In this document: positions 28,772 to 42,039 of the stretch, in pieces
How positions within the stretch are numbered: position 1 is the first letter of the stretch
Layout: each line of letters opens with the position of its first letter
Source of the DNA: Eledone cirrhosa
Taxonomy: Eukaryota
DNA: 64,000 bases
Direction of reading: 5' to 3'
Assembly (NCBI GenBank): GCA_964016885.1
Contig: OZ024751.1
Location: 14,942,001 to 15,006,000 of the forward strand
Position numbers and translations under genes: made by a program
Notes under the pieces: generated by a model
Database searches by the model: none
What the model saw: only the letters and a program-made list of their open reading frames with translations
What the model was told of the DNA's origin: nothing

Positions 28772-29780
28772 TTTCCAGGCGCTCAGTAAAGATGCCTTTA
28801 AATCATCGACTGTCTTATTGACTTTTGAACAGGCTTTTTCTTCAAGGATAGGCCATACTGTAAAGTCCATATCAGGCGAACAAAAAGGCCACATTTCATT
28901 TGAACAGAACCTCGGAAGATGGTATCTGCACCAAGTTTGTGTGGCATTTGTTGTATGGGAGATGACTACATCCTATTGGAAGTTCCACAGATAATCATTG
29001 CCAAAATTATTGGTTGCAGAAGCAAGCATAGGCTCCAGAATATTGTTTATGTAAGATTGGAAGCTTATTTTGTCCTTTCTTCCACAAAAATGAGATGAGA
29101 CTTCTAAGATAATGAAACAGTCCGTCAGACCATAATAGAAGCTGGTTTTGATTGCCGATGCATTTTTTCCAATGACTTGATCATTTCTTCGCTTGTGTGT
29201 CTGCTCAACAACGAAAATCTTTTCGTCTGACGAGATAATTTTGCCCGCCATGTCACTTTTCATTTCTTTAAGCAAATTCTTGCTTCCCTATGCCCTTTTT
29301 TTTTGTTTGTCTTTTCAGAAAGGGTTTGTCTCTTTTGAAAAGTGAAGGAAGACATTTCAATCATTGTTGACCCTACCCATTGTCCCAGGGCTACCCATTG
29401 TCTCATGGACCTTTTCGGATTTCTTCGTATCTCGACTAGCTTTAATGAGAGTAGAAGTCCGTTTAATTCGCAGTCATCCATTTCTGGGCCTATCTGACAA
29501 ATCTTGCTCTTTAAAACGCTTCACTACATTCCAAACAGTATCATGCAACCGAAAGTAACCTTACAATATCCGAATCTGACCTCCCTGCGCGATGAAGTTT
29601 GCGTATCATTTCCCTATTGGATGACATTTTCAAATTCTTTAGGAAATTGAAACAAAGTTCAATTTGTATACAGAGACTAATGTATTAATATGAAAATAAA
29701 AGAAGATTAATGATATACTTACACAACTTTTAGAAATCAAGTTGAACAATTTTGCTTCCGAACTTATGCTCCAATCTACA
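28772..29780 (-). mobile_element. Decayed Tc1/mariner (maT/DD37D-like) transposase
   Basis: IISSDEKIFVVEQ..NDQV, FQ*D, WPFCSPDMD..VWPILEEKAC motifs across frameshifts. Confidence 0.8.
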
Positions 29781-29816
29781 TACATACATACATACATACA
29801 TACATACATACATACA

Positions 29817-29852
<36 letters not shown>

Positions 29853-29859
29853 TATATAA

Positions 29860-31330
29860 TATAAGATCAAAAGATGGTTAAAGGAGTTCCATGTATTTTA
29901 TTATGCGCATTTCAAAAACAAACATCATCATGCAATAATATTTGTGTTTTCATCAGATAAAACAGGAGAACATGATATGAAGGCTAAAAAACACTTGTGG
30001 ATAGTGCAGTTTTAAATCAACATATGAAAAGTGGTTTTAGATTGATGTGTGATATTGGGAAAAATATTTTATTTAGAGAGGGGGGGAAGGATGAAAAAGG
30101 GGAGGAGATGAGAGGGAGAGATGGGTGATAGAGAGAAAGAGATAGTTTTTATAACTAAGAGAAGATATATTGTTTTACATAGAGAGGTTGAAAACCGTTG
30201 GAAGATAACGTATAAATTAAAAGAATTTGAAAATTAACGAAGGGAAGATATGTACGAGGAAAAAATATTTTATTTAGGGAGCGGGGGGGAAGGATGAAAA
30301 AAAGGGGGAGGAGATGAGAGTGAAGGTGGAGAGGGAGAGATGGGTGATAGAAAGAAAGAGATAGTTTTTATAACTGAGAAAAGATATATTGTTTTACATA
30401 GGTTGAGAACCGTTGGAAGATAATGTATAAATTAAAAGAATTTGAAAATTAACGAAGGGAATTTATGTATGAAGATAGAGAGAAAAAATAATAATTGTGG
30501 ATGAATATTCTAACGTCAAAAAAAGTGTGTGTTGATAAGTATTGTGGCAATTTCAAAATTAACGAAGAGAAAAATTATTAAGGTTTGTGTGTAGAAGGAT
30601 TTGAGAAAAATAATGTGAAGTTAAAGTTTGTATATTGAAGGAATTGATAATATGTGCGAATAAAAAGTTAATATGTATTAAGAATGAGTTCGTTGATGGG
30701 GAGAAAAAAAAAAAAAATTAAGGATGAAATTGAGATTAAAAAGTTTTATGATAGAGAGAAAAAATAATAATAATTGCGGATGAATATTCTACGTCAAAAA
30801 AACAAATGTATATGTTATGAAGGATTTTACAAGGTGAAGATAGAAAGAGGGTAATGAGTAAACAAGTATTATAGAGTGTATAATGCCCTTTGAAGTAAGG
30901 TAGGAAGATGGGTATATTTTAAAGAGGTGTATCTATATGTGCCTTAGAGAAAAGATTCTAAATTGATAAAGAATTGAATATTAACTGTATACTTTGTGAA
31001 AAGTCCTATGGAATTTATGCAGGCAGATAGAAAACAAATCTGTACGTCTATTTATTATAGAATCTAGGTTAGAGATAATGGTAAATTTTTCATTTAGGCA
31101 GAGATTACAGATTTTAGATAGAGAGCTGTTCAAGTATGAGGATGCAGAAGAAACCTTCTTCCAAAAGATGGTATATTTAATGTTTTTGTCTTTCAAGGAC
31201 CATATGAGTTCTGAGAGAGCCGTGTTGGTTCTTTTAAGTTTGTATTTGAAAGATGAATGATGATTGTAGAGACGAGCTTTAAAAAGGTGGAAGTGGAGCC
31301 AAAATAGGTGAAGGAATTGGTGCTAGTTAT
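29860..31330 (-). mobile_element. Penelope-like element 3' part (GIY-YIG C-terminus + ~1.1-kb pLTR)
   Basis: TYFGSTS..TALSELIWSLKDKNI..W..CNLCLNEKFTII..INRRTDLFSICLH; internal ~200-bp duplication at 30055-30470; terminal HHR. Confidence 0.85.
29896..29962 (-). ncRNA. Type I hammerhead with 36-nt stem II domain
   Basis: TTTTAT CTGATGA [AAACACAAATATTAT..ATGATGTTTGTTTTT] GAAAT GCGC ATA ATAAAA; palindromic stem III ATGCGCAT. Confidence 0.75.
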
Positions 31331-31347
31331 AACTAGCACCAATTCCT

Positions 31348-31836
31348 GTACATATATATATACATACATACATATATATATATATACATACATATATATA
31401 TACATACAGGTACACATACATATATGTACGCATCAGTTTAGCGGACGCTTATTATAGCGCCCACTTTGTTCGTTTGTAAACAAACTGAACAGCCTGAATT
31501 TATGCCGCACGGTGTTAAGGCAACCACGTCACCTTCTTGTTCAACACTGACACAGGAACGATGTACTAGTTTCAAGCTTGTTAGCTATCATCAGCACCGT
31601 ATACCCATCTGCCAGATAGTTGAACGTTCGAAAGTATATACTTTCCTTATGAAAATTAACGGCTGAGCAGCCTAATTTGCATATTGAGTGAGTTAAATCG
31701 GTCACGCGCACCGAAAACGATAAGTTGTAATAAAATGAAAACGAAATTTCATTTCTCACTCTTAGTACGGCACTTACTTAAATGTAAGTATGTATGTATA
31801 CGTACATACATATATGTATACAGACGTACAGTAGCA

Positions 31837-31902
<66 letters not shown>

Positions 31903-31975
31903 CAGGTACACATACTGTACACATACTGTACGTCTGTATACATATATGTATGTACGTATACATACATACTTACAT
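31348..31975 (-). mobile_element. Dispersed retrozyme copy (~1 unit) with a short inverted segment at 31925-31975
   Basis: Matches the array unit; HHR at 31558-31600 on the minus strand. Confidence 0.9.
31558..31600 (-). ncRNA. Minimal type I hammerhead ribozyme
   Basis: Core and stems identical to 16913-16955. Confidence 0.85.
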
Positions 31976-34002
<2,027 letters not shown>

Positions 34003-34194
34003 CCTGAGTTGGTTTTCTCGTTGCTTTGGTCCTTGCGGCTGGTTCACCGGTTGCAGTCATTAATTTGTCAAGCTGTCTAAACGTATGTTATTACCCTAAG
34101 GTGAAACTACCTTATTGAGTGCTTAGCTGAACATTTCGGATTACATTCGTTAGCTTGGCCGCAGCCAGAGCTTGGATTCTACTGAACTTCTACT

Positions 34195-34229
<35 letters not shown>

Positions 34230-34275
34230 TGATGATTTCTAAAGAATGAAACATTTCTAGTCCTGTAGAATCTCA

Positions 34276-34326
<51 letters not shown>

Positions 34327-34382
34327 AGTATTGCACCAAGAAAAAAATAAAACGCTGGCGTGAAGAGATTAGGAATTTATTA

Positions 34383-34594
34383 GCTTTAACATGTTTCTTT
34401 GTCTATTATAAATTGTCCGCGTGACTACAATATATAATTGTTTCTACTTTAGGCACAAGGCCAGCAATTACCCAGTGCATCACTGGTACTTTATTTTATC
34501 GACCCCGTAAGGATGAAAAGCAAAATCAATATATAATGTTCAATCATATGCACATATGCAATACTTAATTATTTATTACACTTCATCAGAAAGC
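34383..34594 (-). ncRNA. Hammerhead with long stem II domain interrupted by a SINE fragment
   Basis: GCTTT CTGATGA [~86 nt + 99-nt insertion] GAAAC AT GTT AAAGC TAATAAA; stem I GCTTT/AAAGC, palindrome AACATGTT; SINE bounded by TSD CAATATATAAT (34428, 34527). Confidence 0.55.
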
Positions 34595-34923
34595 CTATAA
34601 TAGTGGAATTCAACTATTTATTCCGCGATATAGTTCAGCAATGGGATTTTCGTTTAAGAGAATGCAAAGAAGTTTAAAATAGAATGAAATACGATCAGTT
34701 AGTGTGATAGTAGAGAGGAGAGGGGTGGAGGCAAAGCGTTTTACACTATCAATCTGTGTGGAACAATTTTATGTGTTATGTGGAACAATTATGTGGAACA
34801 ATTTTCTTTGACCATTGGTATGTGTGAAGGTTTTGATGTTTACCATATATAGTCGAGAGGGTAGAGAATGTATAAAGGGAGAGACAGAAAAAAAAAGTAG
34901 AAATTAAGAGTATATGAATATAT

Positions 34924-35015
34924 ATACAGGGTATTCCCAAAACGGCGATTACCTGTACAGGTAATATTTATTAGAATACTGTTGAAGTGTGTATACATTT
35001 TGGGGGCACTCTATA
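34924..35015. mobile_element. Tiny Tc1/mariner-type MITE
   Basis: TACAGGGTATTCCCAAAA ... TTTTGGGGGCACTCTATA imperfect TIRs with TA ends. Confidence 0.5.
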
Positions 35016-35291
35016 TATGAATATATATATTTCTCCTTGTGGATGAGTGAATACTCACGTGGTTTTTCTCAACAAACTTTTTTCCGTTGCTTCCTCTCAT
35101 CATTCTCTATCCATCTATATCATCTTTTGTTTCTCATTCTATATTCTGATGTCCGAAATGTTAAGACTCTTTCCCTACTATATCAAGCGTTAAACTAATA
35201 TATTTCTTCATTGTACTGTGCCGTTTGCTTTGTTATTTCTGTTTACTTATTACCCCCCCCCCCCTCTCCACACACATATATATATATATAT

Positions 35292-35324
<33 letters not shown>

Positions 35325-36104
35325 GGGTAAGTTATTCTGGGTTGAATCGGAGTACCCCACCCCATATATATATATATATATATAGGGTAAGTTATTCTGG
35401 GTTGAATCGGAGGTAACCACAGTAAGTAAGGTACTCAATACATAGCAGAGTATAAAAGTTTTAATATAGATGAGATTCTACAGGACTAGAACTGTTTCAT
35501 TCTTGAAAAATCATCACGAATCATATATATATATATATACATACAGAGTTGATAATACTTAATATGAAAACCTGTATATAAGCCACGCCACAATAGAAAA
35601 TTCTAGAAAACACTCGGCAGCTTCTATGGGCATGTATTGCAGTTGTTTCGAGGGGTGTATCGATCTGTCAGTTGTTAGTAATTACATTACTTACAATGGG
35701 TTAGACATGTACCGCCCCAAATATTAACGCCAGACTGTTGTCAACAATTGTTATAGTAACGCCTTCCTATAGTCAACATTCATGTTTTAAAAAGCATGCT
35801 TGTTTTTAATTGTTAGAACACCAACTTTTTTTTTTATGTTTTTTAAAAATATAATTACCTTAAAATTAACACAAATTACCAAGTTAAATTAGAGTCAAGT
35901 GACTAGCGGGAAACTATAATTTCTACAATTTCTACTTCCAATATCCCCAAAATTCTATATTTTTGTATAGTATAAAGTTGGCTTAAAAACCATTGATGAT
36001 TATTACATAAATATGAAATAGAAAGAAGAAAGCAAAATTTAGTCATATGAAAATGGGGAAGAGGTAAAAAAAGGCAGATCTGGATGTAAGGGAATGTAGA
36101 GGAA

Positions 36105-36335
36105 AGGACTTAAAGTACCGGTCGCTCTCCGACAGGTTCGCGGCCGTGCCCTTGGCAGTGGAGACTTCTGGTGTCCTTGGCCCTAGCGCTACCTCCCTAC
36201 TCACCACCATAGGCGCTGAGCTGACCAACCGCAGGTGTGAGCCTCGCGAGTTGGAATGGCTTTTCCAGCGCGTCTCCTTTACCATCCTCCTGGGAAACGC
36301 CTTTTCCATTCTGTCCGCCGTGGCTGTGGGAAAGC
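36105..36335 (+). pseudogene. CRE-clade RLE fragment
   Basis: KYRSLSDRF..PLAVETSGVLGP..WLFQRVSFTILLGNAFSIL. Confidence 0.75.
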
Positions 36336-36652
36336 ACGTGGGATCCCATTTGCTCACTATACGGAGAGATGGGGAGGGCGAGAGAGATGGAGGCGATGAC
36401 AGTGAGAGTTCGGGTTTTCCACGTTCGGACAATATCCTTGTCGTTGTGTTCATTAAGCAGTTAATGAGTCTGTTTATGTATAGACTCAATAGTGTACATT
36501 AAACTTTTAAAGCTTCTAGAAGCCATTAAAACCGACGGGAACACACCGCTATTTCTACTGATGGTGCTCCGACATTACGACTACCACCATTATTTTCTGT
36601 TGTTGTTAATGTTATTGGTTGTGGTGGGGATTGAGGTGCTGCTGTTTCTTCA

Positions 36653-36826
36653 AGGACGGTAGATTGGGAGTATCGATAGAGGGTCGGACGCCATGCCTTG
36701 CCATTCTGAGTTCAAATCCCGCCGAGGTTAACTTTGCCTTTCATCCTTACGGGGGTCGATAAAATAAAGTACCAGTAATGCATTGAGATAATTGCTGGCT
36801 TTGTGCCAAAAAGTAGAAACAATTAT
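36653..36826 (+). mobile_element. tRNA-derived SINE (internally deleted)
   Basis: Abundant family motifs. Confidence 0.85.
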
Positions 36827-37096
36827 TATTGTTGCAGTTGTTGTTATTGTTGCTTCTTTTGTTTTTGTTATGTTATTGTTAATATTGTTGCTGTTGTTGT
36901 TATTGTTGTTGGTGGTGGTGCTGCTGCAGTTAGTTGTGGTTTTTATATCTCGAATCATCTTTTTAGTTTTCTTCAAGCAGATCAAGATGCAATCACTGAA
37001 AAAGACGTTCTTTTTTCGTGGGAGAAGAGCCGAGGGTGGGTGGTCTGGTTTGGTGCAAAAATCGCCATCATGTTCGAACAAATTTTTCCTAGTTTG

Positions 37097-37390
37097 GTGT
37101 CGGTCCATGGCCTAGTGGTAAGTGTATTGGACTTACGATCATAATGTCGTGGGTTCGATTCCCGGATTGGGTTGTGTGTTGTGTTCTCAGGAAAAACACT
37201 TTGTTTCACGTTGTCCCAGTATACTCAGCCGGAAATGAGTATCAGCAGCAATAGTTGGGAGTTTAACTATGCAATGGATTGGCGTCCTGTCCATGGGGGA
37301 AGTCTTGTACTCTCTGTCGTTTAACGCCACGGAAATCAGGATAAACACCGGTCTGATGAGCCTTCGGGCACAAGACATACTTTAGACTTT
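37097..37390 (+). mobile_element. Second tRNA-derived SINE family (CORE-like body)
   Basis: A box TGGCCTAGTGG, B box GGTTCGATTCC, then TGTGTTCTCAGGAAAAACACTT; ends in ACTTT repeats. Confidence 0.8.
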
Positions 37391-37444
37391 TAGACAGCAA
37401 CAGTTGACTGATAAAATGACAAGTCAGTAAATCATATAGGCGGC

Positions 37445-37705
37445 CTCCCCACAGCCTCGGCGGACAGAATGGAAAAGGCGTTTCCCTGGAGGACGGCAAG
37501 GGAGACGCGCTGGAAAAGCCATTCCAACTCGCGAGGCTCACACCTGCGGCTGGTCAGCTCAGCGCCTATGGTGGTGAGTAGGGAGGTAGCCCTAGGACCA
37601 AGGAGACCAGAAGTCTCCACTGCCAAGGGTTCGACCGCAAACCTGTCGGAGAGCGACCGGCATTTGGAGAGTTTGGCCTCCTCATCCTGACATGCAGCAG
37701 ACTGT
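37445..37705 (-). pseudogene. CRE-clade RLE fragment, inverted relative of 36105-36335
   Basis: EEAKLSKCRSLSDRFAVEPLAVETSGLLGP..WLFQRVSLAVLQGNAFSIL. Confidence 0.75.
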
Positions 37706-37714
37706 GTATTGATT

Positions 37715-37755
<41 letters not shown>

Positions 37756-38147
37756 ACTTTTCATAGCTTTACCGGAGTTCTAGCGGTCAACTATTCGGTC
37801 TTCTTTTGTAGCATTACATATTCAAGGCTGAATTATCCAGTGAGTCAGTAAGTTTTCTTTTCTTTTGAAGACAACGAGGTGCGGTGTGAGGAAGATTTAG
37901 CTGCTATATTTAAAACCTTACGTGTACGATCGATTGTTGACCCCCCTTGTCCATGTTTTTGTTCACTTATGTTGTTTACATGCAGAGGTTCAAATTCCAC
38001 CGGGTCAATCTGAATAGTCGGTGATGACAGGAGAGTCGTACAAAGCTCACCGCACTTGGCTTTATGATTAATAAATTTTAAAAAATTAAATGTCGTTTGA
38101 TTTCAATCGTGACATGTATGTATGTATGCGTGTGTGTGTCAGTATGT

Positions 38148-38197
<50 letters not shown>

Positions 38198-38310
38198 TAG
38201 AACAATCCTATGTTAACAATAAACTATAAATTGAAAGAATGTGCTCGCATGCCCACATAAGCACACCGCTTACATATATATATATATATCTACTATCCAT
38301 ATGTATATTA

Positions 38311-38346
<36 letters not shown>

Positions 38347-38631
38347 CGCGTTCGTGTGCGTGTGCGTGTGTGTGGAAAATTGGCAGAGTGTGCTGGCTTG
38401 CCTACAAAATCATTAGAGATGTTACCCAGTACTCCTAGCGACGTTGCTGTCTTTTGCTCTGGTGTTGGCTCGGTTGTTCACCCCTTCCTTTACATTTGCT
38501 TTAATATTGTAACATTAAAGGAATAAATCCTTCTGAAAGAATCGCGACCAATTTATAATGTTATTTAAGCATTTGTAATGTTATCTATCTATATATCTAA
38601 AACATATTTGTTGTCATTATACTGTAAATTT

Positions 38632-39003
38632 GTGGATTGGCAGTATCGGCAGAGGGTCGGACGCCATGCTTTGATGCATAGAGTTACGGCCCTTATCATT
38701 CTGAGTTCAAATCCCGCCGAGGTTAACTTTGCCTTTCATCCTTACGGGGTCGATAAAATAAAGTACCAGTAATGTACTGGGTAATTGCTGGCCTTGTGCC
38801 AAAAGTAGAAACAAAGGGCGGTGGATTGGCAGTATCGGTGGAGGGTCGGACGCCATGCTTTCCAGCATAGTTACGTCCCTTTACGATCTGAGTTCAAATC
38901 CCGCCGAGGTTGACTTTGCCTTTCATCCTTACGGGGTCGATAAAATAAAGTACCAGTAATGCACTGGGTAATTGCTGACCTTGTGCCTAAAGTAGAAACA
39001 ATT
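38632..39003 (+). mobile_element. Head-to-tail SINE dimer with a single 16-bp TSD
   Basis: Two family copies; ATTATACTGTAAATTT at 38616-38631 and 39001-39016. Confidence 0.9.
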
Positions 39004-39019
39004 ATACTGTAAATTTATT

Positions 39020-40410
39020 TATATGCTTCGTATATATCATATGTGTTTATATTTTCACTCCCATTTGTAACGTTATTTACACAACTGTGAATAACATTCC
39101 TACTTTGATAGTCAACTGTGATAAGGCACGGAGACTCTATATGCCACTACTACACCTCTACATTTCTCCCATCGTGATTTTATTAATCATTATACTAAGT
39201 CTGCACCAAAACTTGCATTGAATGCTATCCTGATCTTGATTCTAACCCCTTTCTCCTAAATATACTCACTATTTAGCCTTAATAAAATGAATGTAAAAAT
39301 ATCCAAGGTATAGAGCAACTCAAGTCTGTAGGGCGAGTTTGAATATAATTATTAAGGCCAGTTATACAACGGTGCCATACCAGGTACGTATGTTTCGTTA
39401 GGCTCGAGGACCAACTTGTTCTACTTGTGCCGATGAAAATGAACCGGAAAATGTTTACTCAAAAGGGAAAATAAAGAACAAAGAGAAAAGAGCCCAAATC
39501 GAGGGTAGATAATCTGCACGATCTAGGGGAGATAATTTGAATAAATGCGCTAAGAAATGAGGCTAGAAAAAATTGATCGATTAAGAAAGATTTAAATTAT
39601 TATTAAGGAAGCCAGTTCTTTAAAAGGTACTTACAAACGTGAGAACATCGCGAGAAGAAATCTGTACCTGTGTTAAGTGGGTTGTTATTGTCGAGGAGAT
39701 TATTTAGTTTCCACTATTTCTCGTCATTGCATTATCTGCAGGACTTGAGCCCATTTTTATATGGTCGAGTATCAAAGTTTGACCATATGACGGTTAACGA
39801 TCCGGTGGAATGTGTGTTATAGGGAGAAGTATGTATCTATGAAGGATAAAAATTTCGTTCCTACATTAGTTTTGACATTTAACGACAAAGGATGACAGAA
39901 CCAGATTTTTTCTTTCTTTCTAGTTGTTGTTTTTTTCTATTAGTATATGGGGAGTGGCATGGAGTTTAGGAAATATTCTCGGAGAAGCTACTATTGTGTA
40001 AGGCTGTATTATAGTAGTGGGCTGTTCTATCGAACACGGCTTGGTTAGAAGAGAGGTTAGAGATCCGCTTGCTAATATGCTTAACTAAAATTTTGAAGAC
40101 TATAAGGAGGGGTGGGGCAGGAGTTCTTGTGTATATCCCTAAGGTTTTCGTTGGGCATATGGAAGGGTCTATGGGTTAGTGTACGTAGGTCTAGGTTAAA
40201 GTCTAAGACGTTAACACTAGTGAGTGTGGTGGATACGGTGATTTTTAGCCCTAGTTCCCTAAAAGTAGTGAATAACTCTTTCCTAAAGGTGTCGCGGTTG
40301 CGCCCGTTTTTATGGCTAGGAATAGCCAGACCATCGTCTCGGTATAAACCCGTCTGGAAATCCGGGAATTTCGTGCGTAAAGTATCCAGGATAAAGAGCC
40401 CCATCAAAGC
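39020..40410 (-). mobile_element. 5'-truncated decayed Penelope-like element
   Basis: GLYRDDGLAI..ELGLKITV..VNVLDFNLDL..RPFH..; related to the element at 25709; fold-back at the 5' end. Confidence 0.85.
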
Positions 40411-40418
40411 CTCCCCCC

Positions 40419-40474
<56 letters not shown>

Positions 40475-40542
40475 GGGGAGGCCTGGATAAAGACATTCAC
40501 GACAAACGACTGCTTTGATGGGGCTCTTTATCCTGGATACTT

Positions 40543-40705
40543 TACGTACGAGGGAAATCTAAGAGCAGCAGCAACAAACTCCCTCTTGCACCAGTGGCCA
40601 ACCAATACAAGCTGGAGATAAAATGTGTAGCAACAAGGGCGGTGCCCCAGCTTGGTCTCAGCCGGATGGATGGCTGGAACAGGTAAAAGAGTAAAAGTGA
40701 AAAGA
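40543..40705 (+). mobile_element. 3' tail of the CR1-group LINE at 52855-53283
   Basis: [16 protein letters not shown] and a 3' UTR ending in GGTAAAAGAGTAAAAG. Confidence 0.8.
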
Positions 40706-40763
40706 GTATATATATATATATATACATACATACATACATACATACATACATACATACATACAT

Positions 40764-40839
<76 letters not shown>

Positions 40840-40841
<2 letters not shown>

Positions 40842-41054
40842 TAGAAAGTGAGGGTTTTTTTTACAAAATGAAAAATAACCGAGGTGTCCTACACGAGTGA
40901 AAGTATAAAGAAAAGAAGATGAAATCGAAAATGCAACTGGAGTCTTATTTAAAAAAAATATATATATATATATATTTGGTTCGTTTACCGGTTTCGCAGT
41001 TCTTCTGTTTTTCAAAAATAGAGTTGAGATGGAGGGTCTGTGATTTTTCTCACA

Positions 41055-41055
<1 letters not shown>
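40840..41055 (-). repeat. Third, non-palindromic copy of the 4539-4900 element with decayed HHR (~40982-41020)
   Basis: Direct similarity to 4540-4690 and to the reverse complement of 4692-4900. Confidence 0.8.
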
Positions 41056-41149
<94 letters not shown>

Positions 41150-41970
41150 TATGAAAATAAACCAAAAAAGCCTTCAATACATCAAAAGTCTTTATTAGCG
41201 AACAATGTTTCGTCCTATTAAGGACTCATCAAGGCAATTAAAGCTATAAGAAGCACTATCGGCCAATACAAGCCAAAAACTCAGAAGAATATGGAGTGTA
41301 CATACATTAAAGCATAGGAAAATTATCAAGTAAAAACTGCTAAGGAAGTGAATAGCATTTTGAACCATATTACAAATATAGTACAATGCAAAAACTAAAG
41401 CTAAACAAAGGTGGTGATATAGAGCGGGAATTATTATACTATATATAATATAATATAATATAATATAATATAATTGATAGTGATAATAATAATAATAATA
41501 TTAAAAGGCCCAATATACATATATATATATATATGTACACATATATACATATATATCAATACACATTTCCATCAATACAAGCACAAACTAACACTTATTA
41601 AGAGTTTAAATATAAATAAAAATAATAAGAATAAAAATAAAAATAAAAATAAAAATAAAAATAAAAATAAAAATAAAAATAAAAATAAAAATAAAAATAA
41701 AAATAAAAATATAATACATATATTATTTACAGTATAAAATGAAGAAGAAATGAGTAAAAGTAAACATATAATATATAATATACTATATAATTATATAATT
41801 GATAATCCCCGGTTAATTTGCACAAACAATATAAATGTTACAATAACACTATAATAACAATATTATAATATATTGGCATATAACTTAACAAATCATATAG
41901 AGTTACAGACAGGGTGAGAAAAAATATCGTACAGAACTAAATTATGTTGGAAAAATTATGTTGGAAAAAT
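41150..41970 (-). repeat. Inverted 5' pLTR of the PLE at 42040-45765
   Basis: 41520-41970 is the reverse complement of 45391-45765 apart from an (AAAAAT)n expansion. Confidence 0.85.
41195..41240 (-). ncRNA. Degenerate hammerhead in the inverted pLTR
   Basis: TTGATGA GTCCT-TAAT-AGGAC GAAAC ATT GTT CGCT AATAAA; C3U change and weak stem I. Confidence 0.55.
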
Positions 41971-42039
41971 TATTACTTTCCCTTGTCAAAAATATTAAGT
42001 ATAGGCCATATAATAGACATGGAAATTATAATAAGTTTG

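Noticed and set aside
37350-37378. CTGATGAGCCTTCGGGC as a hammerhead
   Set aside because: No GAAA after the hairpin; it is the SINE tail.
39380-39428. pLTR HHR of the minus-strand PLE
   Set aside because: GAAAC-ATAC-GTA and a stem II are visible, but the CUGANGA box is unrecognisable.
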